A DNA stretch of 64,000 bases from Klebsormidium nitens. Its lineage: Eukaryota; Plantae; Klebsormidiophyceae. The translations under genes and the position numbers were made by a program. The stretch is taken from assembly GCA_000708835.1 (NCBI GenBank), contig DF237174.1, forward strand, positions 69,788 through 133,787, in the 5' to 3' direction. Below, one piece after another: positions 13,070-26,392 of this stretch (within the stretch, counting starts at the first letter, position 1; each line of letters opens with the position of its first letter). A model generated the notes under the pieces. That model saw nothing but the letters and a program-made list of their open reading frames with translations. It did not search any database and had not been told where the DNA came from.

Positions 13070-13601
13070 TAAGGATTCAAGTTTCCCGAGCATGAAAAGT
13101 GCGTGCGTAAGACCAAGCGCGCAACGTCAGTGATACGAAATCGCCGCAGATTATCATGCATCATGGCGTCGGACTTGAAATTGTCTATAGCGGGCAATAG
13201 GTGCACGCCGAGATCATAACGCATAACACCATGAAAGTGCGTGGAATTTCGACTTGACATACCGGCCATTTCATTCTGCGCACTACTAGTGCGCAAGTTT
13301 ATGTAGTACAAAAAGACATGCGGCATGTGGCGAGTGCATGATCACCGCGACTCAAATCACTTTGCGTACAGCATGTTTAGTGAGATACGATTTAATGTTA
13401 AGGTCAAACGTAGTTGTGACAGCCTGCCGCATCGAGTTGAGCTGGCGGCCCTCGTGTCGCTCCTCGCGCACCGCCTTCTCACCCTACGCAACTGATCATA
13501 ACCTGACAACTCGTATACCTAGCCGTAGCTACCTTCTCACCTCGCTAAGCCCGTGAGACGCCAGAGCGCAAGCGGGCAGTAATCATCTCTCCAAAGAGTC
13601 C

Positions 13602-16600
13602 TCACTTTGCAGCAGCCTCAATAGCGGCAACGCACTCTTCTACGGGGGCTTGTCTACTGAGCGCCTCAACTAAGGCATCGAATGAAGCTTTGTTATTCTT
13701 GATAACTGAAGCCGCATAGTACGTCTGCATGAGCATGAAGAGCACGAATTCACGCAACAAGGACACCATCAGGAGACTGACACCAACTTGGACAAACCTG
13801 GTCCCAAGAGAGGGTACCTCGTTCTTGACAGAGTTATTCTCTGACAACCTGACCTTTTTTGGGGAATCCGACTTCGTAAGGATCTTTAAAGGCACAGCTT
13901 CAATGGCTGATGGCTACAGGGCAAGACCGACCCTTTCTGCTGTTCAAAAAGATAGATAGAGTTTCGTTACCGGGATTGATAGCCCAAAGACCAAAATCAA
14001 AGACAGAAACTGGACTACGGGACTAGATCGGGAGCACCAAACGAAAGCTTCTCTGGCCACGCAGCCGAAGAATCACAGGATACCGCACGCTGTTGCATCA
14101 CGGAAAACAGTCTCTCATACACAAACATCTTCTCTTCTTCGTCGCTTCGCATCATGGTCGCATCAAGGTCGCAAGGCTCGTCGAGTCTCAGCTCGCGCGT
14201 TCTGCTGTAGAGAACAAATCCTCGGTGCTATGTCGGGTCTGCCCACAATCAAAACGTTGTGGAATTACGAGCCAAGACTGACAACGGATTAACGAGCCAA
14301 GACTGACGCCTCACCGCCCATCGCGTCAGGTTCTGCTGCTCGTTGTTGCTCAGCTTCGGCTTGGTCCGGTTGATCAGCCGCTGCAGCGTCATCAAGTCCG
14401 CCGTCTGCCCCTCCACCTTGTCGAAGTTGAGGCCCTCAGCGGCGAGGCCCGCCATCGCCACTACCGATAACCTGGGGAGAGCGGAGAGCGGAATAAAAAG
14501 CGGAACGAAGGGAATGACGGAATGAACGGTATGGCCGTTTCGAAGTTGAGGCTCTCAGCTGGGACGCCCGCCATTGCAACCACTGATAACCTGGAGAGAG
14601 CGGAAAGCGGACTGAAAACGGAATGAACGGAATGAACGGTACGGAAGGCCTTTCCAAAGTCGAGATCCTCAGCAGCGAGGCCCGCCATAACCACCACAAC
14701 AATCTGGAGCGAGCGGAAAGCGGAATAATAACAGGACGAACAGAATGAACAGTATGGCAGTCCATTTCGAAGTGAGAGCCCTCAGCAGCCAAGCCCACAT
14801 TGCCACGTCCGATAACCTTGAGAGAGCACAGAGCGGAAAAGGAAAGGAACAAACGGAATGAATATTTTTGCCAGTCCTTTTTGAAGTCAAGGGCCTCAGG
14901 AGCCAAGCCCGCATCGTCATTTGCGGTAACCGGGAGAGACCAAGAGCGATAGGGAATCGGGACGAGGCCATTAGGAGCCAGGCCCGCCGTCGCCACTACC
15001 GATAAATGGGAGAGAGCGACAAGCCGAGTGCAACATGGGACGAACAAACGGCATGAAACGACGAACAAAAGGACCGACATCAGAAGTATATAGGGATGAA
15101 CAATCGGATGAAGACGGAATGACACGTTGGACGAATTGTGTTTGAAACGTTGACCGGCTTGAAGAAGAACCCAACGGACGCTACTTGAGTTCCTGGAGCA
15201 CTTGGGCAATCTTCAGTCCATTGTAAAACTTCACCAACAAGCGATGTATTCCAGCTACCCCGCTTGAGGATCTAGATGCCCGTACCATCACGTGAAAGTG
15301 CCTTTGATGCAAGTCGGTCGCATGTCCTCAAACAACACCCACGAGATATTTCGGAGATTCCAGTGCATGCATCCCTCATTGCTGTGCGCTACGCACTAGC
15401 TGATCAAACTATCCTCAAACCTGGCTGCCGTGACTACTTTGATCCGTGTAGATCACAGAACCTGAGCCGTCCAAACGTGACGCTTCGGTCATTGAAAGTT
15501 CTGCGTTCTGCAGATTTGCAGATCGGGAGTCTGGTCAAGCCGTCTACTTTGACGGCGTCAGTGGAGGGACTGTAAGCGGAGCGTACCTTTCCAGCTCCGA
15601 CACGTTCAGGAGACCTTCGAGGAGCCGCTTCTGCAGCTTGAAGTCAACCAGGTTCGTATGCTCCCGACCAATGTCCAAAGAGTAGCCCGTGATAGGGATG
15701 CCCAACATGTAAGCAACTGGGGGGAAGCAACGGAATCTTATGTCGCGCAAGAATCTGCACATATTTGAATGCATCACCAAACTTGTGCATTGAATCGTGG
15801 GCGTTTGTAACATGTACCAGAGTCGAGATCCTCCTGATTTCGTGGAGCAATTGCGCGTTCTCTCAAGACGGAGCCAAAACGTTAACCCCATCGGGCTATG
15901 AAACCACAGTAACCATGTACTTCTGGATGATGGTGAGCCAAGCAAAGATGAAGCAGCCAAGCGCCAGATTCTCAAACCAACGAGGAGGGACCCACACTCA
16001 CCCAGGAAATGCGCAGCCTCGTGCTTTGCAACGCGCTCTCTGTTGTTGGGGAAAAGCTGCCCGAACTGGCTGGTGGCTACTTGGAGAAGCCCGGGTGCCA
16101 CACTGCCGACCGCAAGGACGGCTAGGGAGATGCCGCCAACTAGGTACGGGACAAAGAAGCCCCAGTCTCCGGGAAGGAAGCCGGCAGCTACGGCTACGAC
16201 GGAAGTGACTCCGACCACCGTTACGAGGAAGGCAAGCTGCAGGAGGCGAGGCAAAAGGGGGTAAAATTGTAGGAAGGAAGGGATAGTCACCGGTGAAAGA
16301 ACATCGTTGGTTCCAATAAAAAACTGTCAACCGAAAAGGCCAAGTCAGTAGCATCCATAAGTCAAACAGTTTCCCAGGTCCAAATGATTCTGAGAACATG
16401 CCACTGGAGTGACGGTGTATTTGAATCACAGAAACGAGCTAAGAAAAGCCAGAGCAATGTGTTGTCCTCTGAACATTATGGCAGGGGCTTTTGTCTGCTC
16501 TACAATTCTGGCCCTTGTGGCCGAGGTGGGATATGATCTAGAGTATCCTGCTAGGTGGGGCATAACTTACGTCATTTTGGGACGTCGGGATGGCCAAAGC

Positions 16601-17449
16601 CTCTGGATTCTTGATCCCCATGGTGGCCAGCTCCCGTGTATACACAGTCCTGCGAGCGAGGTTTGGTGTGCTGTTCCAGAGGCTTGCATAGCCGGCTTCC
16701 TTCAGGCCCTCTATGGCCCCTTTCACAAGCTCCGAGTCTTTCTGCAAGCAACACACCTGTAGGTGGTCAGTAAGGGTGTAGCCTGTACAGGCGGCATTAG
16801 CAGGGATTCACAGATACACTAGACGGGAAGGACAGGATGAACCGCCTTTCCAGAGGCACCATCGCAGTCTGCTAATCAGAACCCCATTGAGGAGCCCCCA
16901 GGTTTCTTCTTTCTTGTATCAAAACGCGAAGCTGGAAAGGGCCAGAAGACTTGAGTAATGCTTTCCATTGATCGACGAGATTGGTTATGGTCGGCATTCT
17001 CAGCTTCGGAGGAGTGGACCATATAAACAAACGACTTCTTTATCAGCTCTTCAGCGTAGCTGGGAGTGCTAACCCCCTAGACAATGAACTTGTCTGGAAT
17101 TTGTGCTCACCGTCTCGATGGCTTCTTTGAGAGAGTTCAGCAGTTGTGTTTTATCCGCGGTCTTGGCCGCGACCCCCTCCTCACCTCCTGCTGCCGCACG
17201 CACTTTACTGTCTGCCCTACCACCGTTGTATGGTTGTCTTGACCTTTTTGATTCCACCTTGTCTGCATTGAGTATGTCTGAGGAAGTGAAGGAGGTAAAC
17301 TCCCGAAGCAGTGGTGATCTGAACGTCACTGCATTGAGTCTGCAGCAGACACGTCCCTGCTTAGCGCCGGGCCGAGCTTTGAACTGAGGAGCTAAATCGC
17401 ACATGGCCAGGCCCCCACAGTGGGGCAAGCGACAAGCCGCCGACGCCAT
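13602..17449 (-). CDS. Chloroplast-type membrane protein with a peptidase-M41-like HExxH region (At2g21960 / VIR3-family-like, ~384 aa). Exons 17449-17111, 16741-16571, 16236-16002, 15716-15587, 14471-14315, 13724-13602
   Basis: RRTVYTRELATMGIKNPEALAIP, LPGDWGFFVPYLVGGISLAVLAVGSVAPGLLQ, HEAAHFLVAYMLGIPITGYSLDIG and AMAGLAAEGLNFDKVEGQTADL..LQRLINRTKPKLS..QQNLTRWA match my recollection of Arabidopsis At2g21960. The spliced length of 1155 nt is in frame. The exon-2 acceptor could be 15 nt further upstream. Confidence 0.88.
14420..15060 (-). repeat. Tandem array (~75-119 bp units) of the intron 3' end plus the first ~55 nt of exon 5 of the At2g21960-like gene
   Basis: Five degenerate copies of 'pyrimidine tract-AG-gttatcggtagtggcgatggcgggcctcgccgctgagggcctcaacttcga' lie upstream of the true acceptor (14472). 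Acceptor positions are about 14591, 14704, 14817, 14931 and 15006. Confidence 0.9.
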
Positions 17450-18204
17450 TTTTCTGCTCTATTCACTCTTGTTGTCTTTCCACCTCTACACTGGAGACTA
17501 CAATCAGAACCTCCTGAGAATGCACACCTGGCGCCACTACAAGACGTGAGAGGACAGATGAATGGGCTCCAGATGTGATCTCTAGTGCAGCTAATGCAGC
17601 ATTGAAACACCATTGGCATGGTCCTGGACGTGCTTGAGCCCCCAGCAGCCACCGTACCCTGCGCGCGCGTATTAAGAAGGCGGCCGCGCGGGGCGCGGGC
17701 CGGGCTGCTCAGCCGTCCGAAGGCCGTCGATGTGCTCAGCTCGATAAGCTATTGTCAGAGGCAAATGTACCAGGTTATTTTTGATTTATACCTAATGCGG
17801 ATTTGGTGCAAGGTGCACACGGGGACGTTTTAGAATGATTAAAACGTCGCGATCGCCATCGTCCGGTGACTGGCCGCCGATTAGCGGTATAAGAAGGTGA
17901 TTTTTAAGCACTTTTGATCGCCGTAATCTTACGAATTTACGCTAGCAAAGACGCTATGAAATGGGTATTCGGACCAAAGCCCAGGGATCAATGCATGCAT
18001 CACTCTGATTCACATTGTGATGAGTCCAAACCTTGCCTCCAGGTTGCCTCCTGGCACCAGCAGAATGCTGAGGAGAGCTTAGGAAAGGGGCGCTCACTGC
18101 TCAGTCGCCTCGTTAGCATCTGGGTTCCCGCGACATGCATTGAACTGCAGTCTGGCACAGGAGACCAGTGAGAAAGATAGTTTGAGGAGAGGAGCCTAGT
18201 CACG

Positions 18205-21200
18205 ATGGCGACGACTTGTGTCGCAACCACTTGCAGACTTGAAACTGGTGGTATGATTTTCCGCCGCATAGATGCCTCAATCCCTTGTGCAGCCAGATTG
18301 GCCCCTCAACTTTTAAACTTGGCAAAAGGATGGCAGCCGTTTGGCTGGATAAAAGTTGGTGAAAAGGGAAGAAAATGGTGGGCGCGTCGCCACCACTCAG
18401 TAAAACACCAAAGAAGAAGAGCAGATCAAGGTACTTGTTTGATACTCCCTGCGATGGCGTCTGTTCAGCATTGCATGATGAAAGGACAGACATGCAAAAG
18501 TAGTAAGCGAACAAGGGACAGCAGAGTCCTGGAAAGTACTGAAGAGACTGCGTTGGGAGGCTATGAGGAGCGAGGTTCAGTGGGGACCACTGATCTGCAC
18601 CTGAATAGACTGCCTTTCTCATGGTGGTGGTGGCATACAAATAGGGAAGCTAGCTGGACTAGGGCAGCATTTTCTGCGCTTACTGCCTTTCTGCTCCTTT
18701 TGGGAACTTTGGAGACGCCAGCTTTTGCCGCTGCGGCGGCGGCCGCGCCTGTCCAAAAGGTTCCAGAGTTGATAGTCACGCTTAGAGAAGAAAATCATAT
18801 TCGCAAAGTATTGAGCGAGTTGAGTGTTGCTGAGATGCCAGAGGCTGGCTCTCCTGATGTTGGCCAGACCAGCCTCTTCTCTGCGGAAAATGAAGACTTG
18901 GCTGCGGACTTGTTTGAGGTGAGGCCAACATAGAGAGAATAAGCTCCCACGCACAAATATAAGTTGTTGCTGCAATGTTGCCGGGTCCTCCCCCCCCACC
19001 TCCTGTGCCCAAAGGTACCCATGTATAAAAGCCCCTAGTTATCCAAGAGAGCAAGATTCGCCTGTCAAGGATTTGTCTCTGTGAGAGCAAGTTAGACGCC
19101 TGGATGTCGGTATTTGATGTTGCAGGCTGTGAACAGGCCTCCGTTCTGAAGAGAACATCATGTCCTTATTGCAGAAGCTTTCGCCATCAGTGGTGTCCAT
19201 CCAGGACTTCAAGTTGGCCCCTCTCAATCGAAACGGTAGAGGCAATCCACCAGAACCCATTCTTGAAGGCCAGGGATCTGGCTTTGTCTGGGATTCTTAC
19301 GGACACATTGTAAGTGTGGCCTACGGAGCCTGTATGAGGAGTTCGATGTTTGATTTTTTTTTGGTCGATTTCATCGCATCTGTAGTCTTTTAGTGCATGT
19401 ATTGAAGCAAATGACGTTCATGTGTATGATAAGTCTGTCTCCTGTGTTCTCTATTGTTGATATCTTTGAAGAAAGGCACTGACAAAAGGTGTCTTCACTG
19501 GCAGGTTACTAACTACCATGTTGTCGCAAAGCTTGCTACTGATCCCTCAGGACGACAAAGATGCAAGGTAGGCAGACCTCCTTCCTTTCTTCGGCCTCAT
19601 TGTCTGCTTCTAATCTGCTGAAACGACCGTGTGCAGAGGCCTCTTCTGATAGTGAAGACGCTTCCTTTCGAGGAGTAACGTTCCTCCTCTACCGTTTGTC
19701 TGGGATCGTCCTTGACCTCTCAATTTCTGTTGCGACATACACATCTTTTGATAAGCAGAGTAGGTGACAATGAACAGACGGTCAAGTGCTTGTGTCCGCA
19801 GGTAACTGTCAAAGGCCACGGCAAGACTACTACCGTTTATGACGCGACTCTAGTGGGAGCAGACTCAAATCGAGATATTGCTGTCCTGAAGGTCAGTGGC
19901 CCTTCAATGCTCAAGAGCAGGGGCGACTTGAGTTTCTCTCGGTTTCCCTGGTTCACAACTGACACGAGCTTCGATTGTTCGTGATTAGCGGAAGGATTGG
20001 CCGTTCTAGAAACGTGTTTGTACTTCGGTGTCTTGACGTGTTGACTGTCAATTCAGGTCAACAGCATTGAAGCTGATTGTGGTTGCAGTTCCATCTTTGT
20101 TCTCCTTCGAACCATCCAGATTCCTGCCACCAAGATAATACATGCTCTGAGGTATCGGTTTTACAGATTGACGCTTCACCCACCGAGCTGCAGCCGCTTC
20201 CTATTGGCACGTCAGCGGATCTGCGCGTGGGACAGTCGTGCTACGCGATTGGGAATCCGTTCGGCTTCGGTCAAACGTTAACAACGGGGGTACGACCTCC
20301 TTTCTCGCCCCCTCGTCTTTCGTCTTTGCATAATACATGCGTCAGCGCTGAATGCTGTAATCTGCCAATCTTTTTCATCTGTTTTCACCCTTCTTAGGGT
20401 ACCTTGGACCACAAGGCCTCTTTTTCCACTTCAGGATTGAGAGAAGAAGCGCCGCGTCCCCTCTCTAACACATGGAAAGACTTCGGGATGTTTTTATGAT
20501 ATGCACCAACTTCTTCCCGCCACTGTGGTAGCTCTGCTTGCGTGCACATCTCGCCAGTTGTTGCTTTCGTGCATATCTCGCCAGGTGTTGCCTTCGATGC
20601 GCAAGCACGTCCTGCGCGGAAGGTTTGGGCGGGTTTCAGGATCGGGCGAGTTGCTTGTCTACGATATAGTTAGTCCGCGGAGGCTGGGCCCAAAGGTTTA
20701 GTGGCGACCACAACGGGGCCTCGTTCGTGTGCTGGTCGCCCTCGAAGGGAATAGCCATTAATTTGAGAGCCAAGAGGGCCTTCAAAAGTTGGAGATAAGG
20801 ACCTAGGATCTGATTTCTCCTCCGTGCAGGTTGTTAGTGGCCTCGATCGAATGATTCCCTCTCCGAGTGGCAAGCCGATCCCGGGGGCTATTCAAACGGA
20901 TGCCGCCATCAACTCAGGTTAGCTGCGCTCAGCCGTGAGCAAAGGTTGGAGCTTGCTCCGCGAACTTTACGATTTGCGGATCGAGGGCTACCAGTTTTCC
21001 ATTCAGGCAAACCACTTCGATGTCAGAATGAGGAAACTCCAATGCTTGCCATCATTTCACATCAAGTTATTGGCCAGGCGTGTTGCTCGTGTTGCTAACC
21101 CTGAGTCTCTGAGCTGACGAGCTAGCGTTTGATTGCTCACTTTCAAACAACTCTAGGGCACGGCCTGAGCCCCGCCCTGACTGGTACGGCCAAACCCTCT

Positions 21201-21723
21201 GTTTGCAGGGAACTCGGGCGGACCCCTATTTGACTCCTTTGGGCGCCTGATCGGGGTGAACACCGCAACCTTCACCAGACAAGGTGAGATACTGAGGCGA
21301 GAGTAATTTACCGGGGAGTCCTTCTTGTTCTGGCTCTGTCAAATTGATTTGAGTCGTTTCTCATATTTCCGCGCACCTTAGCCACTCGTGGATCCAAGAA
21401 GGGATCTCAAAGCTGACGTTTTAGCTGTGGTTGTTAAGCGGTAAGTCTCAGAACCTGACCAACTCTCCGTCCGACTCCCAATACAATTGAAAAGAACTTC
21501 GAGAGCTGAAATCGCGCTTGGCTCAACCTCTGCTTTCGGCGCGCTGCTTGTAGAAGCCGCTGTTTCAACCGTTCAAGTTGCCTCATATGTAGTATACCTT
21601 CCTGCAGGAAGCGGGCAGTCGTCTGGCGTGAACTTCGCGATCCCTGTTGATGTGGTGTACCGGATCGTTCCGAGATTAATTGTTTATGGCTCGCTAAATT
21701 ATGAGAACGGTTTGAAACCTTGA
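18205..21723 (+). CDS. DEG5: Deg/HtrA serine protease without a PDZ domain, DEG5-like (thylakoid lumen). Exons 18205-18918, 19175-19309, 19505-19567, 19802-19891, 20167-20289, 20830-20917, 21209-21283, 21608-21723
   Basis: GSGFVWD..GHIVTNYHVVAKLATD, DIAVLK, LRVGQSCYAIGNPFG, IQTDAAINSGNSGGPL, VNTATFTR and SGVNFAIPVD..VP.LIVYG. It ends without a PDZ domain, as DEG5 does. The long N-terminus has a hydrophobic stretch followed by PAFA (bipartite transit-like). The exact start codon is uncertain. Confidence 0.92.
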
Positions 21724-22649
21724 GCTTTTCGAGGAGGCACGCCGAGTGTTGCAATGTTGTACGTTAGGAATAGAACCGCTCGGCTTCCCATTGCTGGCGG
21801 TTGTATATAGCCGGTTCAGGGCCGGTTCACTCCAAAATCGTGACATGAGCACTGCAACGAGGCTCGAAGATCATGTGGCTTTGTGAAGCCGTTTCAGTAG
21901 CGTGGGTGAGCACATCCAGGGGGCGTTGCACTCATGCATGTGCGGAGACATGATAAGAGTGACGGTTCGAGCTACTAGGATGCATGAATGCCCCATGCAA
22001 AGAGTTCTGCAAATCACTATAAGCCGCACCATTTGCGCCCATCATTGAGTCAGCTTTCAGCAGCCAGCCTAAGCTCTGTTCGCTTTAATCACATTTGAAA
22101 CAGATAACAAACTTAGTGCAGTAGTGCGATGTCGCACAATCGTTGTTGAACGCTGACGGTTATTGAACAGTGTGGGGCTTAATTGCAAATTTACTAATCG
22201 CGTACACAAACAAGGATCGCCTGGCGAACCTACTAAATTACGAACTATATCATTAGCTAGAGTAGTGCAGGATGAGATATGTAATTTGGAGGACAACCTC
22301 GTGGCACCGTAGCATGGCTGTGCAGTGCGCGGCTGTGCGCCTGCATGCACAGTATACCACAGACCGCAGCAGGCCGGGTTCCGGCCCCAAGGGAGTTCCG
22401 CTGGGGTGCCCCGCCGTGACCTGACCGGAACTCGTCCTGCTCTGCTAGATCCAGATTCTGATGTCAACATTCTACTACTACCTAGTCTGCTGGAAGCAGC
22501 AAAAGTTGCATCTTCTCTCGTGCAGGGCTCCCATTCACGCAGCTTTCTAGGCAAATCCTCTGCGACTCTAGGCAGCTGTTGGACGTTTGAATTTGAGGTA
22601 GCTCTGGTGCACCATTTCCCCTGCAATTGCGCTGCGGTCTTTTGTTTGC

Positions 22650-24814
22650 ATGGCTGCGTCAAGCACAGCGCGGTGGCAGCCAGGGGATGATCCAAACGCC
22701 CGCGACGGCCCTGGCCGAACGCCGCTGCATCACCTTTGTCAAAAAGAGGTCTTTCATGCTTCAGATGCAGGCACGGTGTCGGCCCTGTTAGCTGCAGGAG
22801 CGGACCCAAAGGCCACCGACGGGTTTGGAAGGGCGCCTTTGGCGTTGATCTGTGCGGAGAGTGGGGACAAAGAGGCGCTGCTGGCATTGCTGGAGGCGGG
22901 AGCGGATGTGAAGCTGCAGGATGACTGGGGCAGGTGATTTTAAAATCAAATATGATGATGCTCGTTGAGTCTGAACAATTGCGAATGAGAATCCTGCTTG
23001 CAGACAGGGTGGTTGTCTGTATATCATTGTCCGAACTTCGCAATGTTGCAAATCTGCCCCTTGCTTTTGGTGAGCATGTCGGGTTCCAGTCGCAGGAGAG
23101 AGTTGCAAGACGGAAGGATGGGGCTCTGATTGATGTATGCGTTCCCTTTGTACTTCATGCTGACCTTGGAACAGCTTCAGCTTGATTGTCCTTGAGGGAT
23201 GACTCATATGTCCAATTTTGTTTTCGCGACCAAAGCACAGTTCTACAAGGCAGCGCTGTTTTCAAGCACTGAGCTTACCTTTCCAGACCATTTCTCGAGA
23301 ACACATGACTGTCAATCGAGTTGATCCTTGTCGTTTCATGTTCCTGATGCTTAACCAAGGACAATGCTGTGGGCTTGCTTCAAGCATCATTCCGCCATGG
23401 AGCTGAATCCTGTGTAGAACATGCATGTAGGGACGTGGAACACGCTTGTTGGACCTGACAACATTTTGGTCCACCATTTGCAGAACTGCCCTCCATTGGT
23501 GTTGCGATCGGGGCTTTGACGCGCAAGCAGAGATGTTGATGGCGAAGGGGGCAGACGTCAATACCCTCACGAAGGTGAGCTGCTTCCGGTACTTAGAACA
23601 GCCCTGGTGATGTTATAAGGTGCTTGACCGGTACCACTGGGCTGCCAATTTGGAAGCGCTGCTTGCATTGTATGCACTGTTCTTGTTACCAACAAAGAAG
23701 CCAACTGAATTGCCAGGGCTCCTCTTACCCCCAAGTCTCTGCCATCAGTCACCAGGTGGTCTCACTCTCGCTCCATTTGCAGCATATGTATTTGTGGGCC
23801 TTCTATTCTGACGCATTTGTTGTGTTCTTGCAGCATGGGGACAGTCCGCTGCTTTGGGCTGCAAAAGCAGGCCACTTGAAACTAGTAGAGATTCTGTTGG
23901 CGGCAGGTCAGTGCTTGAAACCCTGTGTTGGTCCTATATCTTGGCCCTGATATGATGCCCACGCGTGTACTGACTGGGCGTTTGCATGTGTTGATTATAT
24001 ACTGTGATACGAAACACTCTTCTTTCGTTGATTCCTTTGCGTGTTTGCGACCGAAAGTACTTGGAAACATGAGGTCAAGCTTTCAATGCAATTCTGTGTT
24101 GAATTGTTCGCCAAATGTTCGCTTTGTAAGCAGGCGTCCGGTTTTCCGTGACAAGTGTTGTGGCCTTCCGAATTGTCAGGGGTCGACTCTGTAAACTCTG
24201 CAGGGGCTGACGTGTCTTTACGAAATAACCGGGACGAGAGTGCGGCGGACGTAGCGAGCAACGACCTCATAAAAGTACTCATCCAATGTAAGTAGTACAG
24301 CTATTGGCCTTGGCGATTTCACGTTGGTTCCATGTGGCTGTTTTTCCAGCAGAGATTTGATTCGACTTTTTCGTTCAATGGCGTAACAACTCCTTTTCTT
24401 GACGTTTTGCACTAGGGGCAACTTGTTCTGTTACGAAGGCGATTCAGCCAGTTTTATCATAGAAGGGCGATTCGAGATGCTCGACTTGCTTGCCATTGGC
24501 TGAATTCATCAAGATGCTGACTACGCTGGCACTCATATGCTTCAACCCTGTCTTTGTGTGCAGCCAAGCTCCCAACCCCCAGCGATTCGGAGCCGTCCCC
24601 ATCGCCCTCGTCCTCAAGTAAACGTCCCGACTTACCCTCCCCCCTTCCCATTCGGGCCCCAGGGTTTGGGGGCTTAGGATCTGGTGCCTCAGGAATGGAG
24701 CAGGGTGAAAGCTCGGGGACAGCTGGCGCAGCGGCGTTTTCAGAGTATCCGAAGAAGGCCGCAGCGGCGGGGGGCCCGGGGAAGAAGATGAAGATCTCGC
24801 TGAAGAAGCGGTGA
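22650..24814 (+). CDS. Ankyrin-repeat protein (~260 aa) with a low-complexity, basic C-terminus. Exons 22650-22933, 23484-23574, 23834-23906, 24204-24287, 24564-24814
   Basis: GRTPLHHLC, GADPKATDGFGRAPL, GADVKLQDDWGRTALHWCC, GADVNTLTKHGDSPLLWAA and GADVSLRN. The spliced length of 783 nt is in frame. The tail reads KKMKISLKKR. Confidence 0.85.
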
Positions 24815-26392
24815 CGCTCGTGGGGCGGTGCGACGTCCACTGAGCGCATCGCAGTGCTATGAACATAGTCTCAATAGCTGGTCAAGCAAGGTGCCACCTC
24901 CCGTTGTTGCAGTTGAGGCCTTCGACTGTTTAAGGTTCGTGAGCCCAGCCCAAGTTTTTCCCGCACTAATACTCGTTGGTTGGAGAGTCCAGACTAAATG
25001 AGATGACAAGGTCAGTGTTGGTTGTTGCATTATTTCGCCCAAGCTCAAAAATTCTCATGTTAGCCGATGGCGCAATCGCACGCAATCGCACACGCAGAAT
25101 TGAAAAGTTAAGCCTTCAATCTGGCGTTGCGGATATGGTACGTGTTCTTCCGGCGGGCCTCTCCTTGAGCGTTTTGGAGAGTGATCGACATGAATGTCAT
25201 GCATAGCAGTTACCGTCGTTCAATGCATCATTGGTCCGAGTGTGGCGGCACATGTCAGAGTGTCAATTTGCGTGGCCCAGTGACAATCGGCCTATAGCTG
25301 CACATGGCCGCTATACTGTCGATCACAGCCAGCAGCTGCCCCGCGGCGGCATGCACAACAACCAGGCATGGCGGCTGCATGGCGGGCTCATCATGATGAT
25401 ACTACGCGCACTGATAATATCTGCACTTTGGAACGTGATTCAATTGACGGGGCGTGCTACAGAAGGTTCGATCCAAGTTTCCGCCCAAATTCGTGGCTGG
25501 TATACGCGCATGTGAAGTTGTCAATGTCCTATATATGCACGCCCGACTCGTCCGGCCATCATGGCATGTGATATGCATGCAGCCAATTATTGTCGTCATG
25601 CGCCAATAATCGTAACGCGCTGCACTGTATCATGCATTGGATCGACATGCGGACCCGCTGTAAGAAATCACCTACAGTGTTTCTTGTGCGTCTTCTGATC
25701 AAGCACCCAGAATCAATCAGTGCCACATGAAACTCCTTCGAGCTTTTCCAGCGCAGGCTAGCATACAAGCAAGTGTACAAGCTCTGCAAATATTAGGCAA
25801 CACATGTTGCTCGACCTAGGATCGTACATCGCAGGGCTGGAGCGTAGCTGTCAGTGCGTACATTCGGAGCGCGTTGCATAAGGCCAACTAAGCATGCTCT
25901 GTTGTAAACTAGAATCTGAAAAGGGCGTAAAAGCGCTGGTCAATAAACATGATCCTGGAACCGCATGATTAGTTGCTGGTTGTGAAGAAGCCTTGAACGG
26001 CTTGTTACGCATGATTGCGTCCTGCAAGATCCATATCAGAAACAAGTAAGATGTAAAGTCGCGCCTCAACGTGGCCTGCACAGAATGCTTTGAGGTCCGA
26101 AAGAACAACCTTCTGTGACCGGAGACGTTTTCGAAATCGTTTTACAATGTCGGAAAGCATTGTAGATATTTTTCGCTGTTATTCGTCTGCCGACCGTCCC
26201 CAAAGATAATTTTCGGTTGCCTTTTCTCTCTTCATTAACGACCCCCTTGTGGTTGTCACTCCTCCTCCTTCTTGACCTTCACCTGACGGGAACCGAGGAA
26301 CACAGTCTTGCGTTCTCTTGACAAGCAGAGTGCGCACCATACATTACTTTTTGTCTCGCACCCACCTGTCGGCCCTTGTAGCAGTTGCACGC

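Noticed and set aside
13277-13295. Perfect 9-bp hairpin tgcgcacta-c-tagtgcgca as a possible Helitron 3' end
   Set aside because: There is no CTRR terminus at the expected distance on either strand, and no matching 5' TC end was identified.
14436-15209. 257-aa minus-strand ORF, with overlapping ORFs 14461-14697 and 14669-14971
   Set aside because: These are read-through of the echo repeat array inside intron 4 of the At2g21960-like gene. The composition is repetitive, with no independent gene signals.
22069-23043. 324-aa minus-strand ORF
   Set aside because: It is antisense to ankyrin exon 1 and its upstream region, with no recognisable motif. Probably a shadow ORF.
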